The position numbers were made by a program, and so were the translations under genes. A DNA stretch of 64,000 nucleotides. It comes from an uncultured bacterium (lineage in GTDB: Bacteria > Desulfobacterota_D > UBA1144 > Nemesobacterales > UBA2774). The notes below the pieces were generated by a model. That model made no database searches. It worked only from the letters and a program-made list of their open reading frames with translations, and was not told the DNA's origin. The DNA is taken from positions 960,001 through 1,024,000 of the forward strand of contig CAWGRW010000009.1 of NCBI GenBank assembly GCA_963825135.1. The letters are read 5' to 3'. Every line of letters begins with the position of its first letter. The stretch's first letter is position 1. Positions 1 to 10,518 of this stretch are shown here, one piece after another.

Positions 1-2
1 AC

Positions 3-1298
3 CCGAAATACGCAGTAGTACTCGAACGGAGGGAGTGGGGAAACATGTACGGCTTCATAAAGGAGATTGACGAGGACGGAAAGGCAATCTGCAGCGGCAA
101 CGAGGAGTGCTGGCCTGTCCTCGAAGCCCAGGTCCCCAAGTACCGGAAAATATTTGATGAAATAAGGTCGATTGAAAAGGGTGCGATCGGCGGAATTAAC
201 ATGAAAATGGAGGACCTGAGGATACATATCAAAGCACTTAATAGAGAAGGGGGCAATAATAAGGAAAAAATCAGCAAACTCGAGGCTGAGGTCAAAGAAC
301 AGGAGGGCAAGTATAGCGAGCAGGAAGCCAAACTCACCGTACTTTATCAGGAATTTAATAGAGAAAGATTCATAATGACTTCAATCGACGGCAGGGAAAA
401 AGAAATGCCGGTCGGTACCGTCGTAAAAGCCTATAGACCAAACGCGATGAGCTGGCCGCAAAAGGCTTCCATGTATGCGGGGAACGCATGGGCCTTCGTA
501 TCCGAAGAGCCCAGGGAGGCAAACACCGAGGGAGGCGTCTTCCCTGCAATATTCGGAACCATTATGATGGTGTTTCTGATGAGTATCGTCGTCCTGCCCT
601 TCGGGGTCCTGGCGGCGTTATACCTGAAGGAATACGCGAAACAGGGCGTGCTCGTAAGGCTTGTCCGGATATGCGTGAACAACCTGGCAGGCGTCCCCTC
701 TATCGTATTCGGAGTCTTCGCGGTGGGCTTTTTTATCTACGGCCTCGGGAGCACCATCGACGGCATTTTTTTCAGGGACGCTCTGCCCAACCCCACCTTC
801 GGGACGGGGGGGATACTCTGGGCTTCGCTAACGCTGGCCCTTCTTACCGTACCTGTAGTAATCGTAGCCACCGAGGAAGGCCTGGCCGCGGTACCCAAGG
901 AAATAAGGGACGGCTCTCTGGCACTCGGAGCCACAAAGTTCGAAACCACATGGAAAATCGTCATACCGAGCGCCATGCCGGCGATATTGACCGGACTGAT
1001 ATTGGCGATAGCCAGGGCTACCGGAGAGGTCGCCCCGCTCATGATAACAGGGGTCGTAAAGCTGGCCCCCCAGCTCCCTATCGACGGCTACTTCCCATAC
1101 CTGCACCTCGAAAGGAAGTTCATGCACCTCGGATTTCATATATATGACGTGGGTTTTCAGTCACCCAACGTCGAGGCCGCAAAGCCCATGGTGTACACGA
1201 CCGCATTTCTACTCATATTGATTGTGGTTGCTTTAAACATGACCGCAATTGTCGTCAGGAACCGTTTGAGAAAAAAATATACTACCTCGGCAGTTTAA
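3..1298 (+). CDS. pstA: Phosphate ABC transporter permease PstA with a large soluble insertion (5' end outside the window)
   Basis: [11 protein letters not shown] and [21 protein letters not shown] motifs; frame is open from position 3; precedes pstB and phoU. Confidence 0.93.
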   Translation, partial: PKYAVVLERREWGNMYGFIKEIDEDGKAICSGNEECWPVLEAQVPKYRKIFDEIRSIEKGAIGGINMKMEDLRIHIKALNREGGNNKEKISKLEAEVKEQEGKYSEQEAKLTVLYQEFNRERFIMTSIDGREKEMPVGTVVKAYRPNAMSWPQKASMYAGNAWAFVSEEPREANTEGGVFPAIFGTIMMVFLMSIVVLPFGVLAALYLKEYAKQGVLVRLVRICVNNLAGVPSIVFGVFAVGFFIYGLGSTIDGIFFRDALPNPTFGTGGILWASLTLALLTVPVVIVATEEGLAAVPKEIRDGSLALGATKFETTWKIVIPSAMPAILTGLILAIARATGEVAPLMITGVVKLAPQLPIDGYFPYLHLERKFMHLGFHIYDVGFQSPNVEAAKPMVYTTAFLLILIVVALNMTAIVVRNRLRKKYTTSAV

Positions 1299-1323
1299 TA
1301 GATGTTATATTATTTGTTACTCC

Positions 1324-2202
1324 GTGGTATTTGTTAAGGAGGCTACAACTGAAGTGATTACCGAAAAAGCAAAAGAAGCGCCGGAGACCAGAATCAGCGA
1401 GCAGATCAAAGTGCACGGTGATCCGAAATCGAGCAAATTCAAGGTGCCTGACCCCATAGTGGAGGTAAACGACGCGAACCTGTATTACGGGGCAAAACAC
1501 GCTTTAAAGAACGTTTACATGGACATCCCGAAGAACAAGGCTACGGCGTTCATAGGGCCTTCGGGGTGCGGTAAGTCCACGCTGCTCCGATGCTTCAACC
1601 GCCTGAACGATCTTGTAGACGCGGCGCGCGTCGAGGGAGAAATCCTCATAGACGGCGAGGATATATACGACCCGAGCGTCGACATAACCCAGCTCAGAAA
1701 AAACGTCGGGATGGTCTTCCAGAAATCAAACCCGTTCCCGAAATCCATTTATGAAAACGTCGCATACGGCGCAAGGATAGCGGGTGAGAACAGAAAATCA
1801 GTCCTGGACGAAATCATTGAAAAGAGCCTGAAAGGCGCGGCGCTCTGGGATGAAGTTCACGACCGACTAAATGATAGCGCTCTCGGACTGTCCGGGGGCC
1901 AGATGCAAAGACTCTGTATCGCGAGGGCCATAGCTGTCGAGCCGGAGATACTCCTGATGGACGAGCCCTGCTCGGCGCTCGACCCCATAGCGACCGGAAA
2001 AATAGAGGACCTTATTACCGAGCTTAAATCGAATTACACTATTGTTATAGTCACCCATAACATGCAGCAGGCCTCCCGCGTATCCGATTACACCGCATTC
2101 ATGTACCTGGGTGAGCTCATTGAATACGATACGACGGAAACGATATTCCTCAATCCCAGGCTCAAGCAGACTGAAGACTACGTCTCGGGCAAATTCGGAT
2201 AA
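1324..2202 (+). CDS. pstB: Phosphate ABC transporter ATPase PstB (start uncertain)
   Basis: [32 protein letters not shown]-terminal YVSGKFG. Confidence 0.96.
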   Translation: MVFVKEATTEVITEKAKEAPETRISEQIKVHGDPKSSKFKVPDPIVEVNDANLYYGAKHALKNVYMDIPKNKATAFIGPSGCGKSTLLRCFNRLNDLVDAARVEGEILIDGEDIYDPSVDITQLRKNVGMVFQKSNPFPKSIYENVAYGARIAGENRKSVLDEIIEKSLKGAALWDEVHDRLNDSALGLSGGQMQRLCIARAIAVEPEILLMDEPCSALDPIATGKIEDLITELKSNYTIVIVTHNMQQASRVSDYTAFMYLGELIEYDTTETIFLNPRLKQTEDYVSGKFG

Positions 2203-2462
2203 TAATGGACCTTCATCCGACAATTGGTTTCTCTCTGGGATTTCGGCAACAAGCGGAAAGAATGCCTGATGAAGATTATTTAAAGCAGAGATTTACACAG
2301 AGGGTTCAAAGGCCCGTCCGGGATAAGAGGCAGAGGTGAAAGACGCGCCGGACGGATTCAAGAGCGTCGGGGATGAAGTAAAACGCTGAATAGAGTCCGG
2401 GTTTGGCGGGGAAGCGGCCCCGGGCCTCAAATAGATACTCAATTCAGCAAGCCGGAAACAAC

Positions 2463-3125
2463 ATGGTCAGATTGGAAGAAGAAATCAGCAAACTAAAAAA
2501 GATGTTATTCGAGATGGCGACCTCCGTCGAAGAGATGATTGCCAAGAGCATCAAAGCGCTCAAAGACCGTAATATGATTATGGCCGAGGACGTAATAAAG
2601 TCGGACGCCAAGATCAATGAAATGGAGATCGATATAGATAATCAGTGTATTAAAATACTGGCGCTCTATCACCCGGAAGCGGAAGACCTGAGAACCGTTT
2701 CCATGATTATGAAGATCAACAACGATCTCGAGAGGATCGGCGACCACGCCGTCAACATCGCCGAAAAAACGATATACCTGGCCGACAAACCGCCCGTAAA
2801 ACCGCTCATCGACATCCCCAGGATGGCTGACAAGGCCATACAGATGCTTCAGGAAAGCCTGGACGCATTCGTCAACAAGGACGCCCAGCTCGCTATAGAT
2901 GTGTGCAAGAGAGACGATGAAGTGGACTCGCTCGAGCCCCAGATAGTGAGGGAGCTTGTCACATATATGATATCCGACCCCCAGACTATCGATAGGTCCC
3001 TGACGCTCATACTGATAGCCAGAGAAATAGAGAGGGTCGCAGACCTTGCGACGAATATAGCCGAGGACACTTTTTACATAGTAAGCGGAAAATCGTTGAA
3101 GCATCACTCTCTCGAAAAATCTTAA
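2463..3125 (+). CDS. phoU: Phosphate signalling protein PhoU
   Basis: Two PhoU repeats (DLERIGDHAVNIAE, EIERVADLATNIAE); ATG at 2463 preferred over TTG at 2403. Confidence 0.95.
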   Translation: MVRLEEEISKLKKMLFEMATSVEEMIAKSIKALKDRNMIMAEDVIKSDAKINEMEIDIDNQCIKILALYHPEAEDLRTVSMIMKINNDLERIGDHAVNIAEKTIYLADKPPVKPLIDIPRMADKAIQMLQESLDAFVNKDAQLAIDVCKRDDEVDSLEPQIVRELVTYMISDPQTIDRSLTLILIAREIERVADLATNIAEDTFYIVSGKSLKHHSLEKS

Positions 3126-3314
3126 TCCGCGGCATACCCGCCTATAAACTCTCTAAATTCCGGATAGAACATAAAATCGCCGCCAATCCTGCCAGCTCCG
3201 CCGCCTGCCGGCCGTATCCAAATTTCGGAAAAGAAGGATATGTATTCGGGCCTATAGTATAATTTTCTTGAAAAGATGCGTTATACGTATAAACTCTTAG
3301 CCTTTTAAAGGCAA

Positions 3315-4178
3315 ATGATTAACGATATGCACTTAAAAGACCTCTATCTGTTAGGAAAGGAAAACATGAGGCTTCACCTCATAGAAAACCCCGCTATCGA
3401 AGCGTCTATACTGCTTTCTAAATCGAGCGCCATTAAAGATATATCTGAAATTTATGCCTATCCTGAAAAAGAGCTCGATCAGGTCAAAGTCGAGGAATTC
3501 TACAGGCTCATGGACAGGAGAATTAAAAACGAGCCCATCGCGTACATTACGGGCGAAAAGGAATTTTTTTCAAGGACCTTCTCAATTAACAATAGCGTTC
3601 TGATTCCGAGGCCCGAGACGGAACTGCTCGCGGAAGAGGTTATCGGAACAATGATAGACATAAACAAACCCGTGGTCCTCGATATCGGCACCGGGAGCGG
3701 CTGCATTGCCGTAACGATTGCCTGCGAAATGTCGGCCTCAGTTGTATTTGCCTCAGATATGTCACGCGATGCGCTGGAACTTGCAGAAACGAATAAAGAG
3801 AACCATTGTCCCGACGGCGAATTATTCTTTGTGCTCGGGGACCTCGCCGATCCCTTCAAAGACCGTGCATTCGATATAGTCGCATCGAATCCGCCGTATG
3901 TACCGGAGTCCGAATACCGGCTTCTTTCGCCCGACGTAAGGGATTACGAGCCCCGCTCGTCTCTCGTCGGGGGCGAGGACGGCTTGTATTTTATACGAAA
4001 GATTGTATCGGGCGCGGCGCGTGTCCTGAAAAGAGGCGGCTGGTGCCTGCTTGAAGTAGGGGCAGGACAGTCATTCACCGTAGAAACGCTTTTCCGGGAG
4101 GCGGGATTTACGGAGATTTCTTCCGTAAAGGATATTAACAATATAGACAGGGTCGTAAAAGCACAATGGAAAAAATAA
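3315..4178 (+). CDS. prmC: Release factor glutamine methyltransferase PrmC/HemK
   Basis: VLIPRPETE, LDIGTGSGCI, SNPPY. Confidence 0.95.
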   Translation: MINDMHLKDLYLLGKENMRLHLIENPAIEASILLSKSSAIKDISEIYAYPEKELDQVKVEEFYRLMDRRIKNEPIAYITGEKEFFSRTFSINNSVLIPRPETELLAEEVIGTMIDINKPVVLDIGTGSGCIAVTIACEMSASVVFASDMSRDALELAETNKENHCPDGELFFVLGDLADPFKDRAFDIVASNPPYVPESEYRLLSPDVRDYEPRSSLVGGEDGLYFIRKIVSGAARVLKRGGWCLLEVGAGQSFTVETLFREAGFTEISSVKDINNIDRVVKAQWKK

Positions 4179-5422
4179 TAGTAGAGGGTGGGAAAAGGCT
4201 CGAGGGCGAGATCGTGGTAAGCGGCGCTAAAAACGCGGTTTTACCCCTTATGGCGGCATGTATTCTGGCCGAAGGAAAAAATATAATCACCAATGTCCCC
4301 GACCTGGCCGATGTGAGGACCATGGCAAAACTGCTCCAGATACTGGGAGCCGAGGTTGAATACGACAACGGCACGCTCTTGATCGACTCAACCAACTTAA
4401 ACAACTGGGAAGCGCCTTACGAGCTCGTTAAGACCATGCGGGCGTCCGTACTCGTCCTGGGTCCGCTCACAGCCAGGTTCGGCAAGGCACGCGTATCTCT
4501 TCCCGGCGGCTGTGCTATAGGAGAGAGACCGATAGACCAGCATCTGAAAGGGCTCGCCATCCTCGGCTCGAAAATCCAGATCGAGGAGGGTTACGTCGAA
4601 ACGAGCGCCCCAAGGCTGACAGGCGGAATAATTCCCTTCGACGTATCGACAGTGACCGGGACCGAGAACCTCATGCTTTCCTCGGTGCTTGCGGAAGGGG
4701 AAACGATACTGCTCAACGCGGCGTGCGAGCCCGAGGTCACGGACCTCGCGACCGCGCTCAATCGTATGGGCGCCGACATTACGGGCATAGGGACGGACAT
4801 AATAACAATAAGAGGCGTAAAGAAGCTCTCACCCCTCTCAGGCTACGAGGTCATGCCGGACAGGATAGAGGCCGGGACGTATATGATCGCGTCCGTCCTC
4901 ACGAACGGCGACCTACTGATCAAGAACTGCCGCTTCGAGAATATGGGGGCCCTCATAGGAAAGCTAATCGAAATAGGGGTACAAATAATCCGCGAGAACG
5001 GCGGGATCAGGGTAAAGTCGAACGGGGGACTGAAAAGCACGGACATCACCACCCTGCCCTACCCCGGTTTCCCGACCGACATGCAGGCGCAAATGATGAC
5101 TCTTATGAGCACGGCCGACGGTCTCAGCGTGCTGACCGAAACAATATTCCCGCAGCGGTTCCTCCACGCCGGAGAGCTCCGGAGGATGGGCGCCGACATA
5201 AAACTCGTAGGGAACAGCGCGGTCGTAAGGGGGGTGAAGCACCTGAGCGGAGCGCCGACGATGGCAAGCGATCTGAGAGCGAGCGCGTCCCTCGTATTGG
5301 CCGGACTCGCCGCGGTAGGAAAAACAGAGATATCGAGGGTATACCACCTGGACAGGGGCTACGACAAACTCGACAGCAAACTCGAAACCTTGGGAGCCAG
5401 CATCTGGAGGGAGAAAGAATGA
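4166..5422 (+). CDS. murA: UDP-N-acetylglucosamine 1-carboxyvinyltransferase
   Basis: SGAKNAVLP, LPGGCAIGERP, PYPGFPTDMQAQ. Confidence 0.97.
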   Translation: MEKIIVEGGKRLEGEIVVSGAKNAVLPLMAACILAEGKNIITNVPDLADVRTMAKLLQILGAEVEYDNGTLLIDSTNLNNWEAPYELVKTMRASVLVLGPLTARFGKARVSLPGGCAIGERPIDQHLKGLAILGSKIQIEEGYVETSAPRLTGGIIPFDVSTVTGTENLMLSSVLAEGETILLNAACEPEVTDLATALNRMGADITGIGTDIITIRGVKKLSPLSGYEVMPDRIEAGTYMIASVLTNGDLLIKNCRFENMGALIGKLIEIGVQIIRENGGIRVKSNGGLKSTDITTLPYPGFPTDMQAQMMTLMSTADGLSVLTETIFPQRFLHAGELRRMGADIKLVGNSAVVRGVKHLSGAPTMASDLRASASLVLAGLAAVGKTEISRVYHLDRGYDKLDSKLETLGASIWREKE

Positions 5423-6042
5423 TAACGCTTGCAATCGCGAGGGGAAGACTGCTGGGCGAGGAAGTTGCAATCCTCAAAAAAGCGGGCTATCCGGTAGATA
5501 ACATCTTGAAGGACTCGAGGAAGCTGATTTTCGAATACCCCTCGCTAAAGCTGAAGATATTGATCATCCGCCCTACCGATATACCCCCCTACGTCGAATA
5601 CGGGGCGGCGGATTGCGGGATAGTGGGAATGGATACCCTCATGGAAGAAAAGCACGACCTGTACGAGCCCCTGGACCTCGCCATCGGAAAATGCAAGCTT
5701 GTAGTAGCGGCCCCGAAGGGCTTCGAGTATTCAACGACCGGGTCCCTCAGAATTGCGACCAAGTACCCCAGGATTTCTCACGAGCACTTCTCCGCCAGGG
5801 GAGTAGGGGCGGAAATCGTCAAACTCTACGGCTCCGTCGAGCTTGCGCCGATAGTGGGCCTGTCGGACGTTATAGTCGACCTCACCGCAACAGGGGAAAC
5901 GCTCAAGAAAAATAATCTTATCGAGTTCGAGACGATAGCGGAAGTCTCCGCCAGGCTAGTTGTTAACAGGGTGAGCATGAAGGTCAAGTCCGAGGAGATA
6001 AAAGGACTAATCAGGAAGCTCAAGGAAGTGAGGGGGAGCTGA
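5419..6042 (+). CDS. hisG: ATP phosphoribosyltransferase, short form (HisZ-dependent), 207 aa
   Basis: ATGA overlap with the murA stop; IATKYP and KLYGSVELAP motifs; no C-terminal regulatory domain. Confidence 0.94.
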   Translation: MITLAIARGRLLGEEVAILKKAGYPVDNILKDSRKLIFEYPSLKLKILIIRPTDIPPYVEYGAADCGIVGMDTLMEEKHDLYEPLDLAIGKCKLVVAAPKGFEYSTTGSLRIATKYPRISHEHFSARGVGAEIVKLYGSVELAPIVGLSDVIVDLTATGETLKKNNLIEFETIAEVSARLVVNRVSMKVKSEEIKGLIRKLKEVRGS

Positions 6043-6277
6043 TTTCATCCCCTGGGCACGGTGTAGTTAAACTTTAAAAACCTCGTAGCGTTCAAATACC
6101 TTTCACATCGGCAGTATCCTTAAGCGCCTTTAACGCTCTCTTAACAATTTCATGCTTTGAATAAACACAAGTTTCGGTAAACTAAATATTTGTATATACT
6201 GGGGTTGGGCCTTAAACTTAGTAAATTCTGCCCTTTCGGCAATGATCCGAGGGGGTGGGATTCCGGGAGATAATTAC

Positions 6278-7615
6278 ATGGAAGCCAGAGCGAAATCCCG
6301 AGAGAGAGATCATCAGAAAAGCAACGGTAAGCATGCAGGACCCGGCGGCCTCGCGAGGGAATTCTTAATAAATAGCTTTAAAGCGGTCAGGGGATTCTCC
6401 CATACGCTTGCCGAACCCCTAGAGACAGAGGACTACGTCATACAGTCGATGCCCGATGTCAGCCCGACTAAATGGCATCTTGCGCATACGAGCTGGTTTT
6501 TCGAAACGTTCGTGCTCTCAAAGGCCCTTAAGGGTTATAGATCGCCGAGCCCGCAATACGCATACCTCTTTAATTCATATTATATCCAGGCCGGCGAAAG
6601 ACACCTACGGCCGAAACGCGGTCTCATTTCGAGGCCTACCGTCAAAGAGACATACAGCTACCGCAGCCATGTGGACGAGTATATGATGCGGTTCATGGAA
6701 AGCGCGGACGAGATGAAATGGAAAGAATTCTCCCCGGCAATAGAAATCGGCATACACCACGAGCAGCAGCATCAGGAATTGATGGTCACGGATATAAAAC
6801 ACGTATTTTCCGAGAACCCTCTCCGTCCGCTCTATGTGAGCGACAGGGGCGGCGGCAAGACCGTGAGAAACGCGCCTCCCGCGAAATGGATAGATATCGT
6901 CGGGGGCGTTTATTCGATTGGACACAGCGGCAAAGGGTTCGGATACGATAACGAATTCCCTCTCCATAAGGTGTACATCGAGCCTTACCGTCTTCAGTCC
7001 CGCGCAGTTACTAACGGCGAATACATGGAGTTTATCGAGGACGGGGGCTACGAGACTCCGGAGCTCTGGCTCTCTGAAGGCTGGGCAACGGTCGAATCGA
7101 GAAACTGGAAAATGCCGTTTTATTGGGAGAGGAAAAACGGAAAATGGGTTTGTTTCACTCTATCCGGCATGAAGGATGTAAACCCCTCGGAGCCCGTCTG
7201 TCACGTCTCTTACTTCGAGGCCGACGCGTATGCGCGCTGGGCCGGGGCGAGGCTGCCGACGGAGGCGGAGTGGGAGGTCGCCGCAGCCGATTTGCCTGTG
7301 GATGGCAATTTCGCTGATAACCTGTCTTTCCATCCCGGCACGCCGACTAACTCTAAAAATATAAGCTCTCTGCTACAGATGTACGGGGACGTATGGGAAT
7401 GGACGCAAAGCGCCTACTCGTCCTATCCGGGGTTCAAAACCCTCCCGGGAGCGCTCGGTGAATATAACGGGAAATTCATGTGCAATCAGTTCGTTCTGAG
7501 GGGGGGGTCCTGTGCCACATCGCAGTCGCACATAAGAAAAACGTACAGGAATTTCTTCCCTCCCGACGCGAGGTGGCAGTTTATGGGCATTAGGCTCGCG
7601 AAAGATTCCTTGTAA
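6278..7615 (+). CDS. egtB: Ergothioneine biosynthesis sulfoxide synthase EgtB
   Basis: QSMPDVSPTKWHLAHT, NSYY, HEQQHQE iron motif, FGE-sulfatase C-terminal domain; adjacent to egtD. Confidence 0.92.
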   Translation: MEARAKSRERDHQKSNGKHAGPGGLAREFLINSFKAVRGFSHTLAEPLETEDYVIQSMPDVSPTKWHLAHTSWFFETFVLSKALKGYRSPSPQYAYLFNSYYIQAGERHLRPKRGLISRPTVKETYSYRSHVDEYMMRFMESADEMKWKEFSPAIEIGIHHEQQHQELMVTDIKHVFSENPLRPLYVSDRGGGKTVRNAPPAKWIDIVGGVYSIGHSGKGFGYDNEFPLHKVYIEPYRLQSRAVTNGEYMEFIEDGGYETPELWLSEGWATVESRNWKMPFYWERKNGKWVCFTLSGMKDVNPSEPVCHVSYFEADAYARWAGARLPTEAEWEVAAADLPVDGNFADNLSFHPGTPTNSKNISSLLQMYGDVWEWTQSAYSSYPGFKTLPGALGEYNGKFMCNQFVLRGGSCATSQSHIRKTYRNFFPPDARWQFMGIRLAKDSL

Positions 7616-7668
7616 CATGAAATTCGGCAAATCCAAACAGCCCGTTCAAGCGTCTAATAGATAATAGG

Positions 7669-8631
7669 ATGAGAAAAAACCTCTTAAAAATAGACAAATT
7701 CGAATACGAGAGGCAGGCCCTCATCGGCGAGATCCTCTCGGGATTCGGCAAACCGCAAAAGCAGCTCCCCTGCAAATTATTTTACGACAAGAGGGGTTCG
7801 GCGCTTTTCGACGAGATTTGCGGGCTGGAGGAGTACTATCCGACACGTACCGAAGTCGGGATCATGAAAGACAATATCGGCGAGATTTGCTCTTTTCTCG
7901 GGAAGCACTGCCTGCTCGTGGAGCTCGGCAGCGGCAGCAGCATGAAAATCAGGCTGCTCCTCGACAACCTTCATGACCCGTCGGGCTACGTTCCTATCGA
8001 TATCTCCGAAGAACATTTAATGGAATCCGTCAGGGTACTGGCGGGGGACTACCCGGAGCTTAGAATTATGCCCGTTTATGCCGATTACACCCAGCCTATC
8101 GGCTTTCCCCAATTCGACTTCCCGTTTTCGCATATCGTGTTTTTCTACCCGGGATCCACCATAGGCAACTTCTCACCCGAATCCGCCCGCAGGTTCTTGA
8201 GCAGGATAGCGAGGCGTGCCGGAAGAGGAAGCGGCCTCCTGATCGGGGTCGACCTCGTGAAGGATATAAGAACTCTCGAAGACGCGTATAACGACGCCAG
8301 GGGCGTGACGGCCGAGTTCAATCTCAACATACTGACGAGACTAAACCGTGAGGCGGGTACGGATTTCGATGTCGGGAGATGGAGGCATAAAGCATTTTTC
8401 AATGCCCGGGAAAGCAGGATCGAGATGCATCTCGAGAGCGCGATTAACCAGAGAGTAAGCGTTGACGGGGTGAGCTTCCGTTTCAGAAAGGACGAGACGA
8501 TACTAACCGAATATTCTTACAAATATGCTCTGGAAAACTTCCGGGAGCTCGTATCGGATACTTACAGCGTCGAGAGGGTCTGGATGGACGTCGATAAAAA
8601 ATTCAGCATACAGTACTTGAAGGTAAGATAG
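7669..8631 (+). CDS. egtD: L-histidine N-alpha-methyltransferase EgtD
   Basis: FYDKRGSALFDEI, EYYPTRTE, VELGSGS, GSTIGNF, TEYSYKY. Confidence 0.94.
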   Translation: MRKNLLKIDKFEYERQALIGEILSGFGKPQKQLPCKLFYDKRGSALFDEICGLEEYYPTRTEVGIMKDNIGEICSFLGKHCLLVELGSGSSMKIRLLLDNLHDPSGYVPIDISEEHLMESVRVLAGDYPELRIMPVYADYTQPIGFPQFDFPFSHIVFFYPGSTIGNFSPESARRFLSRIARRAGRGSGLLIGVDLVKDIRTLEDAYNDARGVTAEFNLNILTRLNREAGTDFDVGRWRHKAFFNARESRIEMHLESAINQRVSVDGVSFRFRKDETILTEYSYKYALENFRELVSDTYSVERVWMDVDKKFSIQYLKVR

Positions 8632-8669
8632 TTTTATCATCCGCAGATTCAGGTTTAATCAGAAGCCGA

Positions 8670-9164
8670 ATGAAACGTAAACGCATAGAACCCGCGCCGG
8701 GTCAGGAATCCGTACAGGACTACCCGAGACCGCCCCGTATCGAGAAATCAATAAAGCACGTCGAGGTCTTCTTCAATAATATATTGATTGCGGATTCCAC
8801 CGACGCCAGGCGTGTCCTCGAGACGAGCAGCCCGCCCGTATATTACATCCCGCGGGATGACATCGAAATGAAATATCTCATCCCGGCCGCGAAAATGACC
8901 GTATGCGAATGGAAGGGCGCGGCGTCCTATTATTCTGTTTCAGTCCATGACAAACGCGCCGATAACGCGGCCTGGCACTATCCCGAACCCGCGCCGGGCT
9001 ATGAATCTATAATTGGCTATATCGCGTTTTATCCCCAGTTGACGGATGCCTGTTATCTCGACGGGGAGCTCGTAATACCTCAGCCCGGAAGTTTCTACGG
9101 CGGATGGATTACTGCCGGCATAGTGGGCCCTTTCAAGGGCGAGCCCGGCACCGAAGGCTGGTGA
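8670..9164 (+). CDS. DUF427 domain protein
   Basis: ESVQDYPRPP, ETSSPPVYYIP, CEWKG, FYGGWIT. Confidence 0.85.
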   Translation: MKRKRIEPAPGQESVQDYPRPPRIEKSIKHVEVFFNNILIADSTDARRVLETSSPPVYYIPRDDIEMKYLIPAAKMTVCEWKGAASYYSVSVHDKRADNAAWHYPEPAPGYESIIGYIAFYPQLTDACYLDGELVIPQPGSFYGGWITAGIVGPFKGEPGTEGW

Positions 9165-9289
9165 ATTTGCACGACCGTTTCCGTTGGTTCCAACTACATG
9201 CTCGTCTGCAACCTGTTATCGGCCGTGGCGGCATCGCCCTTATTAATGCCCGGCAAGTGTAACATCAACCGGCCTCTCTCTTATCGGCC

Positions 9290-10018
9290 TCACGGCTGGT
9301 CCGACGAGAAATCGAACGACATGGTCAAACCCCTTATAGTCCCCTCCGCCCTCTCGAGCGACTTGCTCTCCTTATTGAAAATAAACTCGGTCTCGAATTC
9401 GAAGTAATCCGGATTAGGGTCGGATCCGTTTTTTTTCAAATAATACAGGTATGTGTACTTGATTGTCTCGGACTTGTCCTCAACGGAATAGGGTCTTCCC
9501 AGAGTATCGACGATGTTCTCCATGCCGGGAATCTCCTCCGGACTACTCCCCCTGAATTGAGAGCTGGCGCTTTTCGAAAGCTTGTTTATATCAGCCTCTC
9601 CCATCGAGCTGAGCATCTTTCTCAGGAGCGGGATAGATATGTCTTTCAGAAAGCGTTCCGGGAAAATTATTTCCTTGACCATATCGTTCTGCATTAGCAT
9701 CAATAAGGGTATATCGTACTCATGCCCCTCGCCTCCTCCCGTAAGATACTGCTTCTCGAATATATAAGTCCATTTTTCCCCCTGCCCGTTCTTTTCCTTC
9801 TTTAGCGGTTCGTTTTTCATAAGCCATACCATATCCCCTGACTCAAGCACGGGATTGAGGAAGATGAGAACCAGCCCGCCTTTGTCGCTCAGCTCGAAAT
9901 TATTTTCAAAATCATTTAACTGATTCTTAACTTTATATAATCTCATGAATACGCAGCCGGTCACGAGCAATATCGAAGCAAGAACCAAAGATCGGACTAA
10001 CAACCGTTTCGGATTCAT
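9290..10018 (-). CDS. Hypothetical lipoprotein
   Basis: 242-aa ORF with signal peptide and lipobox (LLVTG-C). Confidence 0.75.
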   Translation of the reverse strand: MNPKRLLVRSLVLASILLVTGCVFMRLYKVKNQLNDFENNFELSDKGGLVLIFLNPVLESGDMVWLMKNEPLKKEKNGQGEKWTYIFEKQYLTGGGEGHEYDIPLLMLMQNDMVKEIIFPERFLKDISIPLLRKMLSSMGEADINKLSKSASSQFRGSSPEEIPGMENIVDTLGRPYSVEDKSETIKYTYLYYLKKNGSDPNPDYFEFETEFIFNKESKSLERAEGTIRGLTMSFDFSSDQP

Positions 10019-10132
10019 CTGATGAATTTATCTCCTGAGCGTCCGGGCAGGATATAGTTTTTGGAAGCGCACGTTTAATTTACTTTATTTTACAACACGG
10101 CCGCAACTGGAGATAATAATAAGGCTGTAATA

Positions 10133-10224
10133 AAGCAAAAACGGGAGTACTTCTCAGTCAAGAAGTACTCCCGTTCTCTTAAAGGAGGATGGAGGATGAT
10201 TTTTAAGTACTGCGTTTAATTTTA
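10133..10224 (-). ncRNA. Candidate ~90-nt sRNA with a tandem anti-Shine-Dalgarno motif (CAUCCUCCAUCCUCCUUUA)
   Basis: Lies between a sigma70 promoter and a 15-bp terminator hairpin with U tract; ends are inferred. Confidence 0.6.
10136..10175 (-). terminator. Intrinsic terminator
   Basis: Perfect inverted repeat AACGGGAGTACTTCT-N6-AGAAGTACTCCCGTT followed by a U run on the minus strand. Confidence 0.8.
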
Positions 10225-10230
10225 TATATA

Positions 10231-10259
10231 AAAGTAAAGTACGATACTTTGAATGTCAA
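10231..10259 (-). promoter_or_regulatory. Sigma70-type promoter
   Basis: TTGACA-17 bp-TACTTT on the minus strand. Confidence 0.65.
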
Positions 10260-10518
10260 GGAATTATTTTAACCGCACCCGGCAAATTGAAGAAATTCAC
10301 ATTTTGGCTACGCAACTATTTGAATTTATTTATATTATTACAACCTCATCAAAGCGGTAATTTTTTCGCTCCGATATCGAAACGGAGGCAAAAAATCGCG
10401 GTAAAAAAAATAACTGTAAATTCGTGGTATTCATCAGGCGATGGAAATAAAAGGCGTGCCCCGGACGGTTATTGAAAAATCATACAAAATCATTACATTG
10501 TAGCTCGGTCAATCCATC

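Noticed and set aside
2203..2462. Structured RNA between pstB and phoU
   Set aside because: Only an 8-bp inverted repeat (CCGTCCGG/CCGGACGG) was found; no recognisable family.
4723..5418. Long N-terminal extension of the 439-aa ORF containing hisG
   Set aside because: It is an alternative frame overlapping murA; hisG starts at the ATGA overlap at 5419.
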